A program made the translations under genes and the position numbers. The notes below the pieces were generated by a model that made no database searches, had not been told where the DNA came from, and saw only the letters and a list, made by a program, of their open reading frames with translations. A stretch of DNA of 64,000 bases from an uncultured Chloroflexaceae bacterium (GTDB lineage: Bacteria; Chloroflexota; Chloroflexia; Chloroflexales; Chloroflexaceae). Positions 53,810 through 64,000 of the stretch are shown here, in pieces; within the stretch, counting starts at the first letter, position 1; each line of letters opens with the position of its first letter. The DNA is taken from contig CAZQCG010000004.1 in assembly GCA_964592425.1 (NCBI GenBank), positions 74,257 through 138,256 of the forward strand. The letters are read 5' to 3'.

Positions 53810-54862
53810 TCAGCGGGTCTCGGCTTGCGGTTCAGCCTCAGAAGCGGGCGAAGTCTGCCGTTCGTGGGCCAGTTCCGGGCCAGGTGCCACCTGATCGGCG
53901 GCCAGCGCAGCCTGCCGGGGCGCCCGCAGAGTCGCCAGGCCAGCCAGCACCATTGGCAGGTAGACCAGCACATGCAATAACACGCCAAAACTGAGGGCTT
54001 GATCCTGAGGGACACCAAAGACGGCCAGGCCCAGCACACAGAGGTACTCGAAGACACCGATGCGGGCAGGTGCCGAAGGTAGATTGATCCCTGCCACCAT
54101 AATAAAGAGCAAAAAGAGTGAGGCGACAAAGGGAACCTCAATCGCCAGGGCCTGCAGCGTCCAGGCATTGGTCAGGGCGGCGGTAAGCCAGATCAGGGCT
54201 GACCAGGCAACAATCCGCAGGCTCTGGCGACTATCGGCCAGCACATAGAGACTGGCCAGCAGATTGTGCAGCACCAGCCCGGCACGGGCCTGCAGCCTGA
54301 GAGGCAGCCAGTTGAGCATCCAGGGAGGAGGATCGGGGCGGCGGTGGAGGAAGAACAGGCTCACCAGGCCAACCACCGTCAGCGTGGTCGCCACGACCAT
54401 AAAATAAGCCGGTTGGCTAACCCAATCCGGCAGGGGCATTAGCATAAGCAGCAAAACAAAGAGTAGGACATAGAAGATCAGATCGACAACCTTCTCGACA
54501 GCAACCGTGCCAAGCGCAAAGCTGCGTGAAAGACCAAGCTCAGCGGCCATATAGGCCCGGCTGAGATCACCAATACGAGCCGGGAGCAGGTTGTTGAGTA
54601 ACTGACCGACCAGGTGCAAGCGCAAGGCTGGCCCAACGCGCACCTGGGCACCACGCTCGCCCATCAGGATTTTCCAGCGCACTGCCTTGGCAAGATTGTT
54701 GATCAGCGTGCTCAGCAGGGCGAGCGTGATCAGGGGCAGGCTGGCCTGGCGCAAACTGGCCCAGACAGAGGCATAGTCAACCCCTGAGACAGCCAGGTAG
54801 AGCGCCGCGATGCTCACCACCAGACCAAGGAGGGTCTGCACAACGTGCCTACGTTGCATCAT
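53810..54862 (-). CDS. Lysylphosphatidylglycerol-synthase TM-region family (putative flippase)
   Basis: KAVRW..L, NNLLPARIGD..RAY, VEKVVD, PSAPARIGVFE. Confidence 0.85.
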   Translation of the reverse strand: MMQRRHVVQTLLGLVVSIAALYLAVSGVDYASVWASLRQASLPLITLALLSTLINNLAKAVRWKILMGERGAQVRVGPALRLHLVGQLLNNLLPARIGDLSRAYMAAELGLSRSFALGTVAVEKVVDLIFYVLLFVLLLMLMPLPDWVSQPAYFMVVATTLTVVGLVSLFFLHRRPDPPPWMLNWLPLRLQARAGLVLHNLLASLYVLADSRQSLRIVAWSALIWLTAALTNAWTLQALAIEVPFVASLFLLFIMVAGINLPSAPARIGVFEYLCVLGLAVFGVPQDQALSFGVLLHVLVYLPMVLAGLATLRAPRQAALAADQVAPGPELAHERQTSPASEAEPQAETR

Positions 54863-56186
54863 CACTCCCTGAGGCGGGTAGCCCTGCCTGTTGCTGCGAC
54901 GGCGGGGCTTGCGGCACAGCAAGCTGCCAAAGCGCCACCGAGGTACCCCAGATCGCCCAGATCAAGACAGCAGGACGCACCATGCCCCAGGTCACCGCAT
55001 CGAAGATGCCATGGACCTGGATCACCACCTGACTGGCGAGGATACCAGCGGCGAGACCGGCCAGATCAGTGCCGGTGCCGGATGTACGCCAGGTGCGCAG
55101 CGCACGCCAGGTTATCAGCAGGATGCTCACGAAGATGAGCAGGTAGGTGATCAGGCCGGGCAAGCCCAGATCGACAGCAACCTGGATCAGCAGATTATGG
55201 GCATGGGGCACATCAGCACCAGCAGCAAGGAAGAAGGGGTAGAGCAGTTCGGCGACATATTGGAACGAGCCCATACCGATGCCGGTGAAGGGGAAATCCT
55301 GGATCATATACCAGCCACGCGACCAGATCTCCATCCGTTCGGGCAAGCCGTCGATACTACTCCCACTATTGACGATGCCAGCGAACTGCTGCCAGCCACC
55401 GAAAGCCAGGCCGAGGAGGCCAGCCATCAGCAGCAAGAGGCCCAGGATCAGCGCCCAGCGCCAGCGTAGAGCAACCAGCACCAGCAGGCCCAACCCCGCA
55501 GCAACCAGTGCGCCACGCGATTGGGTCAGCAGCATGATCGGCAGGATTGCCAGCGGCATCAGGCTATGGATGGCACGGGCAAGTCGACCCATGACCGGCC
55601 AGCCGAAGAGCGGCAGCCCGACAATGATCGGCAAGAGCAGCGCCAGGTAGCCAGCCATCACATTGGGGTTGACCGTATCATCCCCAAGGATCTGGAAACG
55701 GGCGGCGATACTTGCCGGGATCGGCAAGCGCACCCCACTGCCAGCCCAATCAACACTGCCCAGCGCACCGAGGGCCAGGGCCAGGCCGACGGCACAGTAG
55801 CCCAGGGCGATCAGGCGTATGCGGGCAGGGCTGTGCGCCCAGGCAACAACCGCATAGTAGAGAGCCATACCCAGCAACAAGCGGCCCACCTGCGGGCCGG
55901 TGAGATCCATCCGTGCCGTGACGGCCAGCGAGAGCAGGCCCATCAGGGCCAGGCCAAAGATCGGCCAGTCGGCGGGGGTGCGCGGGAGTGGCCGCCCATA
56001 GGCCAGCCAGCGTACAAGGATCTGCACGCCAGCGACGATCAACGCAAAGGGCAGGGCACGCTCGGTGATCACACTTGCCGCGACAGCAGCCCCAAACAGC
56101 CAGATACTGTAATCAGCAAGCCGGCCCAACTGGTGCTGCAAGGTCGGCGGCTTACGCGCGGTCTCAGCTTGTCTGAAACGATGCAT
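54849..56186 (-). CDS. O-antigen ligase / Wzy-like membrane protein
   Basis: NPNVMAGYL, TQSRGA, R.EIW......DFPFTGIG, HAHNLLIQVAVDLGLPG. Confidence 0.85.
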   Translation of the reverse strand: MHRFRQAETARKPPTLQHQLGRLADYSIWLFGAAVAASVITERALPFALIVAGVQILVRWLAYGRPLPRTPADWPIFGLALMGLLSLAVTARMDLTGPQVGRLLLGMALYYAVVAWAHSPARIRLIALGYCAVGLALALGALGSVDWAGSGVRLPIPASIAARFQILGDDTVNPNVMAGYLALLLPIIVGLPLFGWPVMGRLARAIHSLMPLAILPIMLLTQSRGALVAAGLGLLVLVALRWRWALILGLLLLMAGLLGLAFGGWQQFAGIVNSGSSIDGLPERMEIWSRGWYMIQDFPFTGIGMGSFQYVAELLYPFFLAAGADVPHAHNLLIQVAVDLGLPGLITYLLIFVSILLITWRALRTWRTSGTGTDLAGLAAGILASQVVIQVHGIFDAVTWGMVRPAVLIWAIWGTSVALWQLAVPQAPPSQQQAGLPASGSDDAT

Positions 56187-56195
56187 ACGTCTGTG

Positions 56196-57563
56196 CTAGC
56201 GCACGGATCCTTCTGTTACCGCTGTGTCGGTAGTGACAGGCCGGCTAACGCTGCCACGACGCTGTGCAGAGAAGGCCAGCCCCAATGCAGCAATGATGCC
56301 GATCACGATCCCAAATACAAAGCCGATCGTACTGTTCACCAGTAGTCGCCACAGCAGTGATGGCTGAAGATCCTGGCTGACACTGATCAGACGCATATCG
56401 ATCTGTGGGGCCAGTTCAACGATACGCTGCTCTTCCTGCTTGCGCTTGAGCAGACTAAGCGACTCTAAGGCCAGATCACGCACCTGACCCAACTGACGCA
56501 AATTTGAGTTAAGCTGTTCAGCCTCAATCCTGAGCGCAGTTTGCTGTTCCATGTAGCGCCTGCTCGTCTCAGGATTCAGACCGGTCAGGGCAGGCTCGCC
56601 ATTGGCAATGGCGTCGGCAACCCGGGCAAGCTCCACCTCCAGATAATCACGCTGCTTGGTAAGCAGGGCAATCAGGGCATCAATATCAGTAGGGGTCGGC
56701 GCACCCCCAACGATCAACGCCGGGTCGTCCAGGTTTAGCTGGATCGGCAGGCCGGTAGCGCCATTAGTGCGTGAACGCAGGGAAAGCAGAGCCAGCGCAT
56801 TGCTAAAATCGTTGGCGTTCCCTTCAAGCACCTGCTCACGCAGAGTCTGGGCATCCTGCAGGATCAGGTCGAGCGTTTGAGCCCGCTGCACATAGAGCCG
56901 GTAGAGCTGCTGGGCCGCATCGAGTGAGCTATCGAGCAGATTCTGCAAACTCTGGCGGCGACGGTCAAGTTGTTCCTGACGACCACTGGCAATAAACGCC
57001 TCAACAGCCGCCTGCGCCGTATCGTAGCGCTGCTGGGCATCAGCCAGGGCTGTATCGGTCTGGGCGCTCATAGCAGGGTTACGACTATAGATCTCAATGA
57101 CCATCTGCCGATATTGCGTGCCCCAGGTCTCGGCCAGGGTCAACGCCTCAGCCTGATCAGGAGCCGAGGCGACGATATTGATCAGATCACCTTGAGTAGC
57201 AAGCTCGATCTGCTCGATCAACGCTTCCAGATCTTCGCGGGTCAGCTCCGGCTCGCCCAGATCAGCGACAACCCGCCGGGCAAGTTCAACACTGGTGGCC
57301 AGTTCAATCAGCGCCATGCGCTGCGGCGAGGTATTGGCAGCCTCAAGAATGGGATCGGTGGTCACAAAACGTTCATCAAGGGTGACCTGGGAATTGGTTG
57401 ATACCAGGAGCAGCGTCGCAGTCGCCTGATGGTCAGGCATTATAAAAAGGGTCAAACTGGCAGCAAGCAGCGCCAGCAGCAACGCCAGGCTCAGCACGAT
57501 GCGCCAGCGCTCGATGATCGCAAACAGCCAGGGCCGCAGATCAAGCTCGTCTTCTTCAGTCAT
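56196..57563 (-). CDS. Wzz/GumC-like chain-length determinant (polysaccharide co-polymerase)
   Basis: EDELDLR..L..I..RW, two TM helices flanking a long coiled coil. Confidence 0.8.
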   Translation of the reverse strand: MTEEDELDLRPWLFAIIERWRIVLSLALLLALLAASLTLFIMPDHQATATLLLVSTNSQVTLDERFVTTDPILEAANTSPQRMALIELATSVELARRVVADLGEPELTREDLEALIEQIELATQGDLINIVASAPDQAEALTLAETWGTQYRQMVIEIYSRNPAMSAQTDTALADAQQRYDTAQAAVEAFIASGRQEQLDRRRQSLQNLLDSSLDAAQQLYRLYVQRAQTLDLILQDAQTLREQVLEGNANDFSNALALLSLRSRTNGATGLPIQLNLDDPALIVGGAPTPTDIDALIALLTKQRDYLEVELARVADAIANGEPALTGLNPETSRRYMEQQTALRIEAEQLNSNLRQLGQVRDLALESLSLLKRKQEEQRIVELAPQIDMRLISVSQDLQPSLLWRLLVNSTIGFVFGIVIGIIAALGLAFSAQRRGSVSRPVTTDTAVTEGSVR

Positions 57564-57639
57564 CCGTGTAGGGCTCCTCTTCAACAATCCTTCGTGATCC
57601 CGGCCAAAGCTGGCAGGCTTGCCTCACTCCCACAGTGGA

Positions 57640-59040
57640 TCAAAAGGCACCCTGACCCTGCCAGACAACCTGGGGCGTCTTGAGCAGGATGCGCAGATCG
57701 AGCCAGAAGGAGTAGTTCTGAATATAGTAGAGATCATCTTCGGTATGCAAATGCATCGGGCGATCACTGCGCCCATTGATCTGCCACCAGCCGGTCATGC
57801 CGGGCGGCACACGGAAACGCTGCCACTGCCAGGGTTCATAGTGAGCAGCAATATAGGGCAGTTCGGGACGTGGGCCAACCAGGCTCATTTCGCCACGCAG
57901 GACATTGATCAACTGGGGCAGTTCATCAAGGGAAGCGCGGCGAAGACGACGCCCAACGCGGGTCACCCGCAGGTCATCACTCTGCTTATGCACGAGTTGA
58001 CCATGGGTATTCTCACGAACCACCTCCTGCCAGCGCTGGTCGGCATCGGCATACATGCTGCGAAACTTGATCACCCTGAAACGCCGCCCATGCTCACCGA
58101 TGCGCTCCTGGACGAAAAAGACCGAGCCGGGCGACTCGAGCTTAATCAGGATCGCGATCAAGAGTAAGAGTGGCGCAAGCAGCAGTAAGAGGGTTGCACT
58201 TGCCAGCAGGTCGAAGATCCGTTTGAGTATGCGCTGGCCGGGGGTCAGGGCCGACTCACGCAAGGAGATGAGCGGGATGCCGCCGATCGTTGCAACGGGG
58301 GTACGGGCGAAAGCCAGGTCAAGCACCCCTGGGAGCATATGCAACATCACCGGCTGATTGAGCAGGGCCAGCGAGAGCTCAGCCACCCGTTCGTGCTGCT
58401 GGGGCGGCATAGCAAAGATAGCCTCATCGATCCGCTGGTCGGCGATGATCGCTGGCAGCATCGCCGTAGAGCCGAGGTAGGGCAGGAGCGCAGCGGTTGC
58501 CGTCTCATCACTGACATAACCAACCACCCTGAGACCGGCCCAGGGGCGCTGATCAAATTCGCTGGCCAGGCGTCGACCGATGGCGGGATCGCCAATGATC
58601 AGTACACGACGCTGCCAGGCTGGCTGGTGATGACGATTACTAAAGATGCGGGCCAGCAGATGCACGATCAGCAGGAGGACGAGATCGAGCAGGACGAAAT
58701 AAAGAAATTGCAGGCGTGAAACATCACGAAAAGAGAAGTAGAGCAGGCCCGCAAAGCTGGCCGAACCAAGCGCCACCATACCGATCAGGCGTCCGGTCGC
58801 TTCGAGCAGGCCGGCGCTGAAGACGGCCCGTTGGGGGGCCAAGACGAGGCTCACCCCCAGCCAGATCAGCACCACGGCGGGGTAGAGCGGCCAGGGCACC
58901 TGCACATCAACCGGCTTCAGATCATAGCCAAGATCGATCCGCAGGCGAAGCTGTGCAGCCGCCCAGAGCGCAAAGAGGGTCATCAGCAGATCGAAGCAGA
59001 GAAGTGATGCCGTCAGGCGCACCCGCAGGCGTTCTAGCAT
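57640..59040 (-). CDS. Priming polyprenyl glycosylphosphotransferase (WcaJ/GumD-like)
   Basis: [55 protein letters not shown]. Confidence 0.95.
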   Translation of the reverse strand: MLERLRVRLTASLLCFDLLMTLFALWAAAQLRLRIDLGYDLKPVDVQVPWPLYPAVVLIWLGVSLVLAPQRAVFSAGLLEATGRLIGMVALGSASFAGLLYFSFRDVSRLQFLYFVLLDLVLLLIVHLLARIFSNRHHQPAWQRRVLIIGDPAIGRRLASEFDQRPWAGLRVVGYVSDETATAALLPYLGSTAMLPAIIADQRIDEAIFAMPPQQHERVAELSLALLNQPVMLHMLPGVLDLAFARTPVATIGGIPLISLRESALTPGQRILKRIFDLLASATLLLLLAPLLLLIAILIKLESPGSVFFVQERIGEHGRRFRVIKFRSMYADADQRWQEVVRENTHGQLVHKQSDDLRVTRVGRRLRRASLDELPQLINVLRGEMSLVGPRPELPYIAAHYEPWQWQRFRVPPGMTGWWQINGRSDRPMHLHTEDDLYYIQNYSFWLDLRILLKTPQVVWQGQGAF

Positions 59041-59215
59041 AAGTGCAGGCCCTGTGTCTCACCTGACGGCATCAGTACCCGCTGCACCGACGAGCAGAAG
59101 AGCGCGGTGAAGCAAGGGGAGCATCGCAACGATCAGCTTTCTAATCAGGATAGTGTACCACCGGGGCATTGTTCGATCAACCCGATTGATTGGCGGGCAG
59201 GCTGGCTAACGCTCA

Positions 59216-60007
59216 TCACTGATCGTCGGTGCGAGCCAGCCATTGGCGGGCGATCAGGTAGAGGAAGCGCGGGTTATTCTTGAGATAGCGCCCGGCCAGA
59301 CGGCGCGGCTCGCTAAGCATACGAAAGAGCCACTCAAAACCGCTGCGTTGCACCCAGCGCGGGGCCTGGGGCTTGAGTCCGGCATGAAAATCAAAGGCAG
59401 CCCCCACCCCAATCAACACAACCGGGTTGAGCCGCTCAACATAGGCGGCCATCCAGCGTTCCTGCTTGGGTGTACTAAGACCAACCCAGACGATCTGCGG
59501 TGCCGCCGTGTTGATCCGTTCCAGCAGTTCGGCATCTTCATCCAGGGTCAGTGGGCGAAAAGGCGGGCTGTACGTACCGACAATCTGGGTTGCCGGAAAG
59601 CGCGTCTGGAGACGGGCGGCAAGACGCTCGGGAACGCCGGGAGCGCCACCATAGAAAAAGTGGCGATAGCCCCGCTGAGCCGAAATGGCGAAGATTGCCA
59701 GCATCAGATCAGGGCCGTAGACCCGTTCAACCTGGCGCTGTCCGGCCATACGCATTAACCAGACCAGCGGCATCCCATCGGGAGTCACCAGACCAGCCTG
59801 GTTGAAGATCTGCCAGAGTTGCGGATCATCCTGGCATTCAACCAGGCCATGCACCCCCGCCACACAGACATAGCGGGGCAGACGCTGGGTAATCCAGGCA
59901 TCAATCTGGGCCAGAGCCAGATCCATATTGATCGCGCTGACCCTGATGCCCAGGATGGTATGCTGCACGAGCGGAGGTGCAGGGCTAACATGTGGTGAGT
60001 TCTGCAT
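59216..60007 (-). CDS. WecB/TagA/CpsF-family glycosyltransferase
   Basis: PDGMPLVW, RVYGPDLM, YSPPF, VWVGLSTPKQE, GVGAAFDF, RAPRW-like APRW, GFEWLFR; ATG 60007 (track start 60106 lies in the pseudogene). Confidence 0.92.
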   Translation of the reverse strand: MQNSPHVSPAPPLVQHTILGIRVSAINMDLALAQIDAWITQRLPRYVCVAGVHGLVECQDDPQLWQIFNQAGLVTPDGMPLVWLMRMAGQRQVERVYGPDLMLAIFAISAQRGYRHFFYGGAPGVPERLAARLQTRFPATQIVGTYSPPFRPLTLDEDAELLERINTAAPQIVWVGLSTPKQERWMAAYVERLNPVVLIGVGAAFDFHAGLKPQAPRWVQRSGFEWLFRMLSEPRRLAGRYLKNNPRFLYLIARQWLARTDDQ

Positions 60008-60438
60008 CACCCCAGATCTCGATCTCGGGATTGCCGGTGAGTTTAGCATAGGCCACTTTACGACAGATGGCCGCCGGAGCTTTTTCGCGTCCACCTTCCC
60101 ATGCACCTAGAGGGCCGAAGATATTGTGAAAACGCACAATGCGTGCTGATCAGCAGGTTGTTATGCAAAATCTGGGCGTGGTGCTGCGAGATAAAGCCCA
60201 TCCCGCCCATATCGGAGGCGAGGTTGTAGACAAGTTCCATGCCTGCCGCAGCGCTCAGACACTGTTCCCAACGCCGCAGGTCGAGCAGGAGGAATTCGTC
60301 GGCCTCGCTCGGTGTGTAGGCAGGTCGTTTCAGATCAACGCCACGCACCCAGTAGCCGGCACGCTTGAGCGCAGCGACCAGGTGATGACCAATAAAACCG
60401 CCAGCCCCCGTTACCAATACCCGTTGCTGTGACATCAT
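60006..60438 (-). pseudogene. GDP-mannose 3,5-epimerase-like gene with internal and C-terminal deletions
   Basis: Fragment 1 VTGAGGFIG...ASDMGGMGFI...NLLISTH; fragment 2 in another frame from 60143 RIVRFHNIFGPLGAWEGGREKAPAAICRKVA...EIEIWGD, then the wecB ATG. Confidence 0.85.
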
Positions 60439-60445
60439 TCAGAAC

Positions 60446-62416
60446 TCACGATCCTGCGACGATGATGATCGGCTCAAAGCCAACGCTGATCTGATCGGTC
60501 GTTAATGGCAGTGCTTCGCCAAGCATCGAGTAGATCGCTCGTAGGCTCGGCGGTGACGGAACGGTTGTTTGGGAGCCATCATTGGTCCAATAGATCTGTA
60601 CGGTGCGCGTGCCAACGGCGAAGGCATAACCCTCCAGGCTGCCGGAGCCGAGCGTGCGGATCAAACGTGCCCCACGCAGCTGGGTGCCCAGGAAGCGAGC
60701 CGCATGGAAGACCGGGCGTGGCTGCTGGTTGGCATCAAGCATGCCGCCGTCCTGCCAGCCTGGACCGTTGAGCGTGTACCAGATTGCCCCAAGCAGGTCG
60801 CTTGCAGCGACCCGGGTGTAGAGACGTACGGCATGGTTGGCCTGATCCTGGTAGAAACCGAGCCGGGCACATGCCGGGTCGGCACGGTAGCAGAGCAAGC
60901 CGCCTTCATTCATAATCAGTGGCTTGGCATAGCCATAGCGGGCCAGGGTCGCCATCAGCATCGCCCGCTTGCCCAGCAGTGGCCCGCCAAGGTGATCCCA
61001 CAAGGGGGCACGCTGATACCAGTCACGCCGCTCGGGATTCCAGTAGACATAGCTGTGGTAGCCCAGCACGTCGAAATAGCCACCACCGCCAGCGCGGAGC
61101 ACGCCTTCGAGAAACTGTCCTGCCTGGCAAGGCTCTGCGGCGGAAGGGCGGGCCGGATCACAGTAGAGCAGCAGACCACCAACCACAACCTGGGCCGCCG
61201 GATCGGCAGCTTTGATCGCTGGATAGACCGCTTTGAGCATGGCCGCGTAGGCTGCGCCGTTGTAGAAGGGCTGATCCGTATCGCCCCAGCAACCGAAAGG
61301 TTCGTCGCCACGCACAAGGCGGTAGTCCACATCCGGCTCGTTGCCCAACTCCCAGTATTTGACATTGTAGGGCGGAAGGCTGTAGCGGGTCACCAGTTCG
61401 CCCATAAAATCGGCGAAGGCGGCCAGGGCCTCAGGCCGTATCGGGCCGCAGATGCGGTCGGGGCGGGCCTGGGCCCAAGCAGGGGTACCCCGCACGACAA
61501 GCATGGTTCGCCCGCCCTGCTCGGCGATGGCGGTTAACTCTTGCTCGACCTGCTGGAGTTGCGACCAGTCACGCTGACCGGACTGAGGCTCAACCTCGCT
61601 CCACAGCACACCGTTGTAGCGCACCCAGTTGAAGCCACCTTCGGCGATGCGTGTAGCTGTAGCACCGACGGTGCCCCGGTTCGGCTCAACGCCAAAGATC
61701 TCGCGCTCAGGGGTGGGAAGTGATGGGGTGGCAGCGCGCACCTCCTGACCAAGCCGGCCCAGTAGCACCCGAAAATTGGCAGGATTTGCCGGGTGCCACT
61801 CAAAGCGCGCACGCTCGAACCACTGGGTAAGGATCAGGGTACCGTCAGGGCCAAGCTCAGGCATCGCGCTGGTAAGCGGCAGGCCAAAGAGGGCCAACGA
61901 GCGCTGGTAGGGCGTTAGGCCAGGGAGACTCAGACCGTTACGCTCCCAGTAACTCCGGAAGCCTGTCCCCTCCGCCTGATCGCAGACGTTCCGCCCCGTC
62001 TCGGCAAACCAGAGGCAGCCAGGCTGCGGGCCGGGCTCAGGTGGCTCAGCCGACCAGTCACGCCCAAGCTGGGCCAGGCGCTCGGCCCCGATCCGCCCCA
62101 GTTGCACCTGGTAGTCCGGCGGGCTCTGCGGGTGCAACTCAAGGCGGTGCCGTTCCATCCACTGCACATTCAGGCTGGGACCTTCAGGGGTGGCCCAGGC
62201 GATCGTCGGTGTCAGCGGGTAGCCAAAGACTGGCAACCCGCCATTCACACGCCAATAACCGGCGAAGGTTGGGTCGATACATGCCGTGATGCCGGGCACG
62301 CCGGTGAAGCAGATCGGGGCGTTCTGCTGCGCCTGGGCACCCGCCATCAGCGCGGGCACCTGGCTAAGCAAGAGGGTCAAGATCAGGGAAACGATTATGG
62401 GTAACCGGCGCATCAC
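60446..62416 (-). CDS. Exported clan-A glycoside hydrolase (GH39/GH5-like) with N-terminal Chloroflexi-type repeat domain
   Basis: Signal peptide; FGYPLT...QW.ER.R.E.H...V.LGR.G twice; WELGNEPD and MNEGG catalytic Glu motifs. Confidence 0.78.
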   Translation of the reverse strand: MMRRLPIIVSLILTLLLSQVPALMAGAQAQQNAPICFTGVPGITACIDPTFAGYWRVNGGLPVFGYPLTPTIAWATPEGPSLNVQWMERHRLELHPQSPPDYQVQLGRIGAERLAQLGRDWSAEPPEPGPQPGCLWFAETGRNVCDQAEGTGFRSYWERNGLSLPGLTPYQRSLALFGLPLTSAMPELGPDGTLILTQWFERARFEWHPANPANFRVLLGRLGQEVRAATPSLPTPEREIFGVEPNRGTVGATATRIAEGGFNWVRYNGVLWSEVEPQSGQRDWSQLQQVEQELTAIAEQGGRTMLVVRGTPAWAQARPDRICGPIRPEALAAFADFMGELVTRYSLPPYNVKYWELGNEPDVDYRLVRGDEPFGCWGDTDQPFYNGAAYAAMLKAVYPAIKAADPAAQVVVGGLLLYCDPARPSAAEPCQAGQFLEGVLRAGGGGYFDVLGYHSYVYWNPERRDWYQRAPLWDHLGGPLLGKRAMLMATLARYGYAKPLIMNEGGLLCYRADPACARLGFYQDQANHAVRLYTRVAASDLLGAIWYTLNGPGWQDGGMLDANQQPRPVFHAARFLGTQLRGARLIRTLGSGSLEGYAFAVGTRTVQIYWTNDGSQTTVPSPPSLRAIYSMLGEALPLTTDQISVGFEPIIIVAGS

Positions 62417-62431
62417 AGCCTCCTGACTCGC

Positions 62432-63001
62432 TCACACCTGGCCGAAGACAAAGGCCGGGTGTTCAGCATACTGGGCCAGGCTGAGGGCCGCCTGGTCGCG
62501 TGGCGAGATGATCGGCTCCGTGATCGGCCAGCTGATCGCAAGCTGTGGATCATCCCAGCGCACAGCACCCTCAGCCGCAGGATTGTAATAGCCAGAACAC
62601 TTGTACTGCACCTCAGCCACTGGCGAGAGGGTGAGAAAGCCATGACCAAAGCCAACCGGGACAAACAGCTGGCGCGCATTATCGGCGCTCAACTCGACAG
62701 CCACCCAACGCCCAAAGCTGGATGAACCAAGGCGCAGATCAACCGCCACGTCAAGGATGCTACCCTGCGAGCAACGCACCAGCTTGGCCATCGGAACCGA
62801 CATATCCTGGTAGTGCAGGCCGCGCAAGACGCCCTGGCGCGATTGGGAGTGGTTATCCTGCACAAAGGTACACGTGATGCCATGGTCAGCGTAGCGCGCC
62901 TGGTGGTAGCTCTCAAGGAAGAAGCCACGCTCATCACGGAAAAGGTCGGGTTCGACGATCAGGACACCATCTAGCTCAGTAGCGATCACACGCATAGCCA
63001 T
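62432..63001 (-). CDS. rfbC: dTDP-4-dehydrorhamnose 3,5-epimerase
   Basis: FRDERGFF.E, QDNHSQS..GVLRGLH, KLVRC, PVGFGHGF, YKC, WDDP. Confidence 0.95.
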   Translation of the reverse strand: MAMRVIATELDGVLIVEPDLFRDERGFFLESYHQARYADHGITCTFVQDNHSQSRQGVLRGLHYQDMSVPMAKLVRCSQGSILDVAVDLRLGSSSFGRWVAVELSADNARQLFVPVGFGHGFLTLSPVAEVQYKCSGYYNPAAEGAVRWDDPQLAISWPITEPIISPRDQAALSLAQYAEHPAFVFGQV

Positions 63002-63014
63002 GCTTGAATCCCCA

Positions 63015-64000
<986 letters not shown>

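Noticed and set aside
57596-57625. CGTGATCCCGGCCAAAGCTGG resembling dRS3-like repeats
   Set aside because: Single short copy lacking a full second arm; not supportable.

Overview
64 kb of GC-rich chromosome from a filamentous anoxygenic phototroph (Chloroflexales; Chloroflexus/Oscillochloris-like), judged from a Chloroflexus-type pufB-pufA-pufC-bchG-bchP operon (5.7-10.1 kb), an auracyanin gene and a separate unfused pufLM operon (45.9-47.8 kb). Housekeeping genes include rplI, gltX and a dnaB split by two inteins. Three accessory loci stand out. (1) 21.4-35.1 kb: an 11-gene co-directional cluster joining glycosylation genes (GT2, GT4, flippase, double DUF1080-like protein, YfhO-like GT-C with an ILEI/FAM3-like insert) to a complete Rsb-type partner-switching module and a hybrid kinase with a guanylate-cyclase-like HNOBA input domain; no sigma factor or H-NOX gene is present. 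(2) 36.5-45.8 kb: a Desulfovibrio-type Mop aldehyde oxidoreductase followed by five tightly coupled accessory genes of unknown role (flavin/Fe-S/CCG protein, Zn-ribbon protein, methyltransferase, C-GCAxxG-C-C protein, radical SAM enzyme) and a CoA-ligase-like gene. (3) 48-64 kb: a surface-glycan/EPS cluster with a doubly deleted epimerase pseudogene and a linked sat-cysC gene. Non-coding features include near-consensus puf promoters, intercistronic hairpins, REP-like palindromes and a two-copy ~108 bp MITE-like element with a conserved G-quadruplex motif. No rRNA, tRNA or CRISPR array was seen. Family names come from recalled motifs, not database searches; coordinates outside the ORF track were read by hand.
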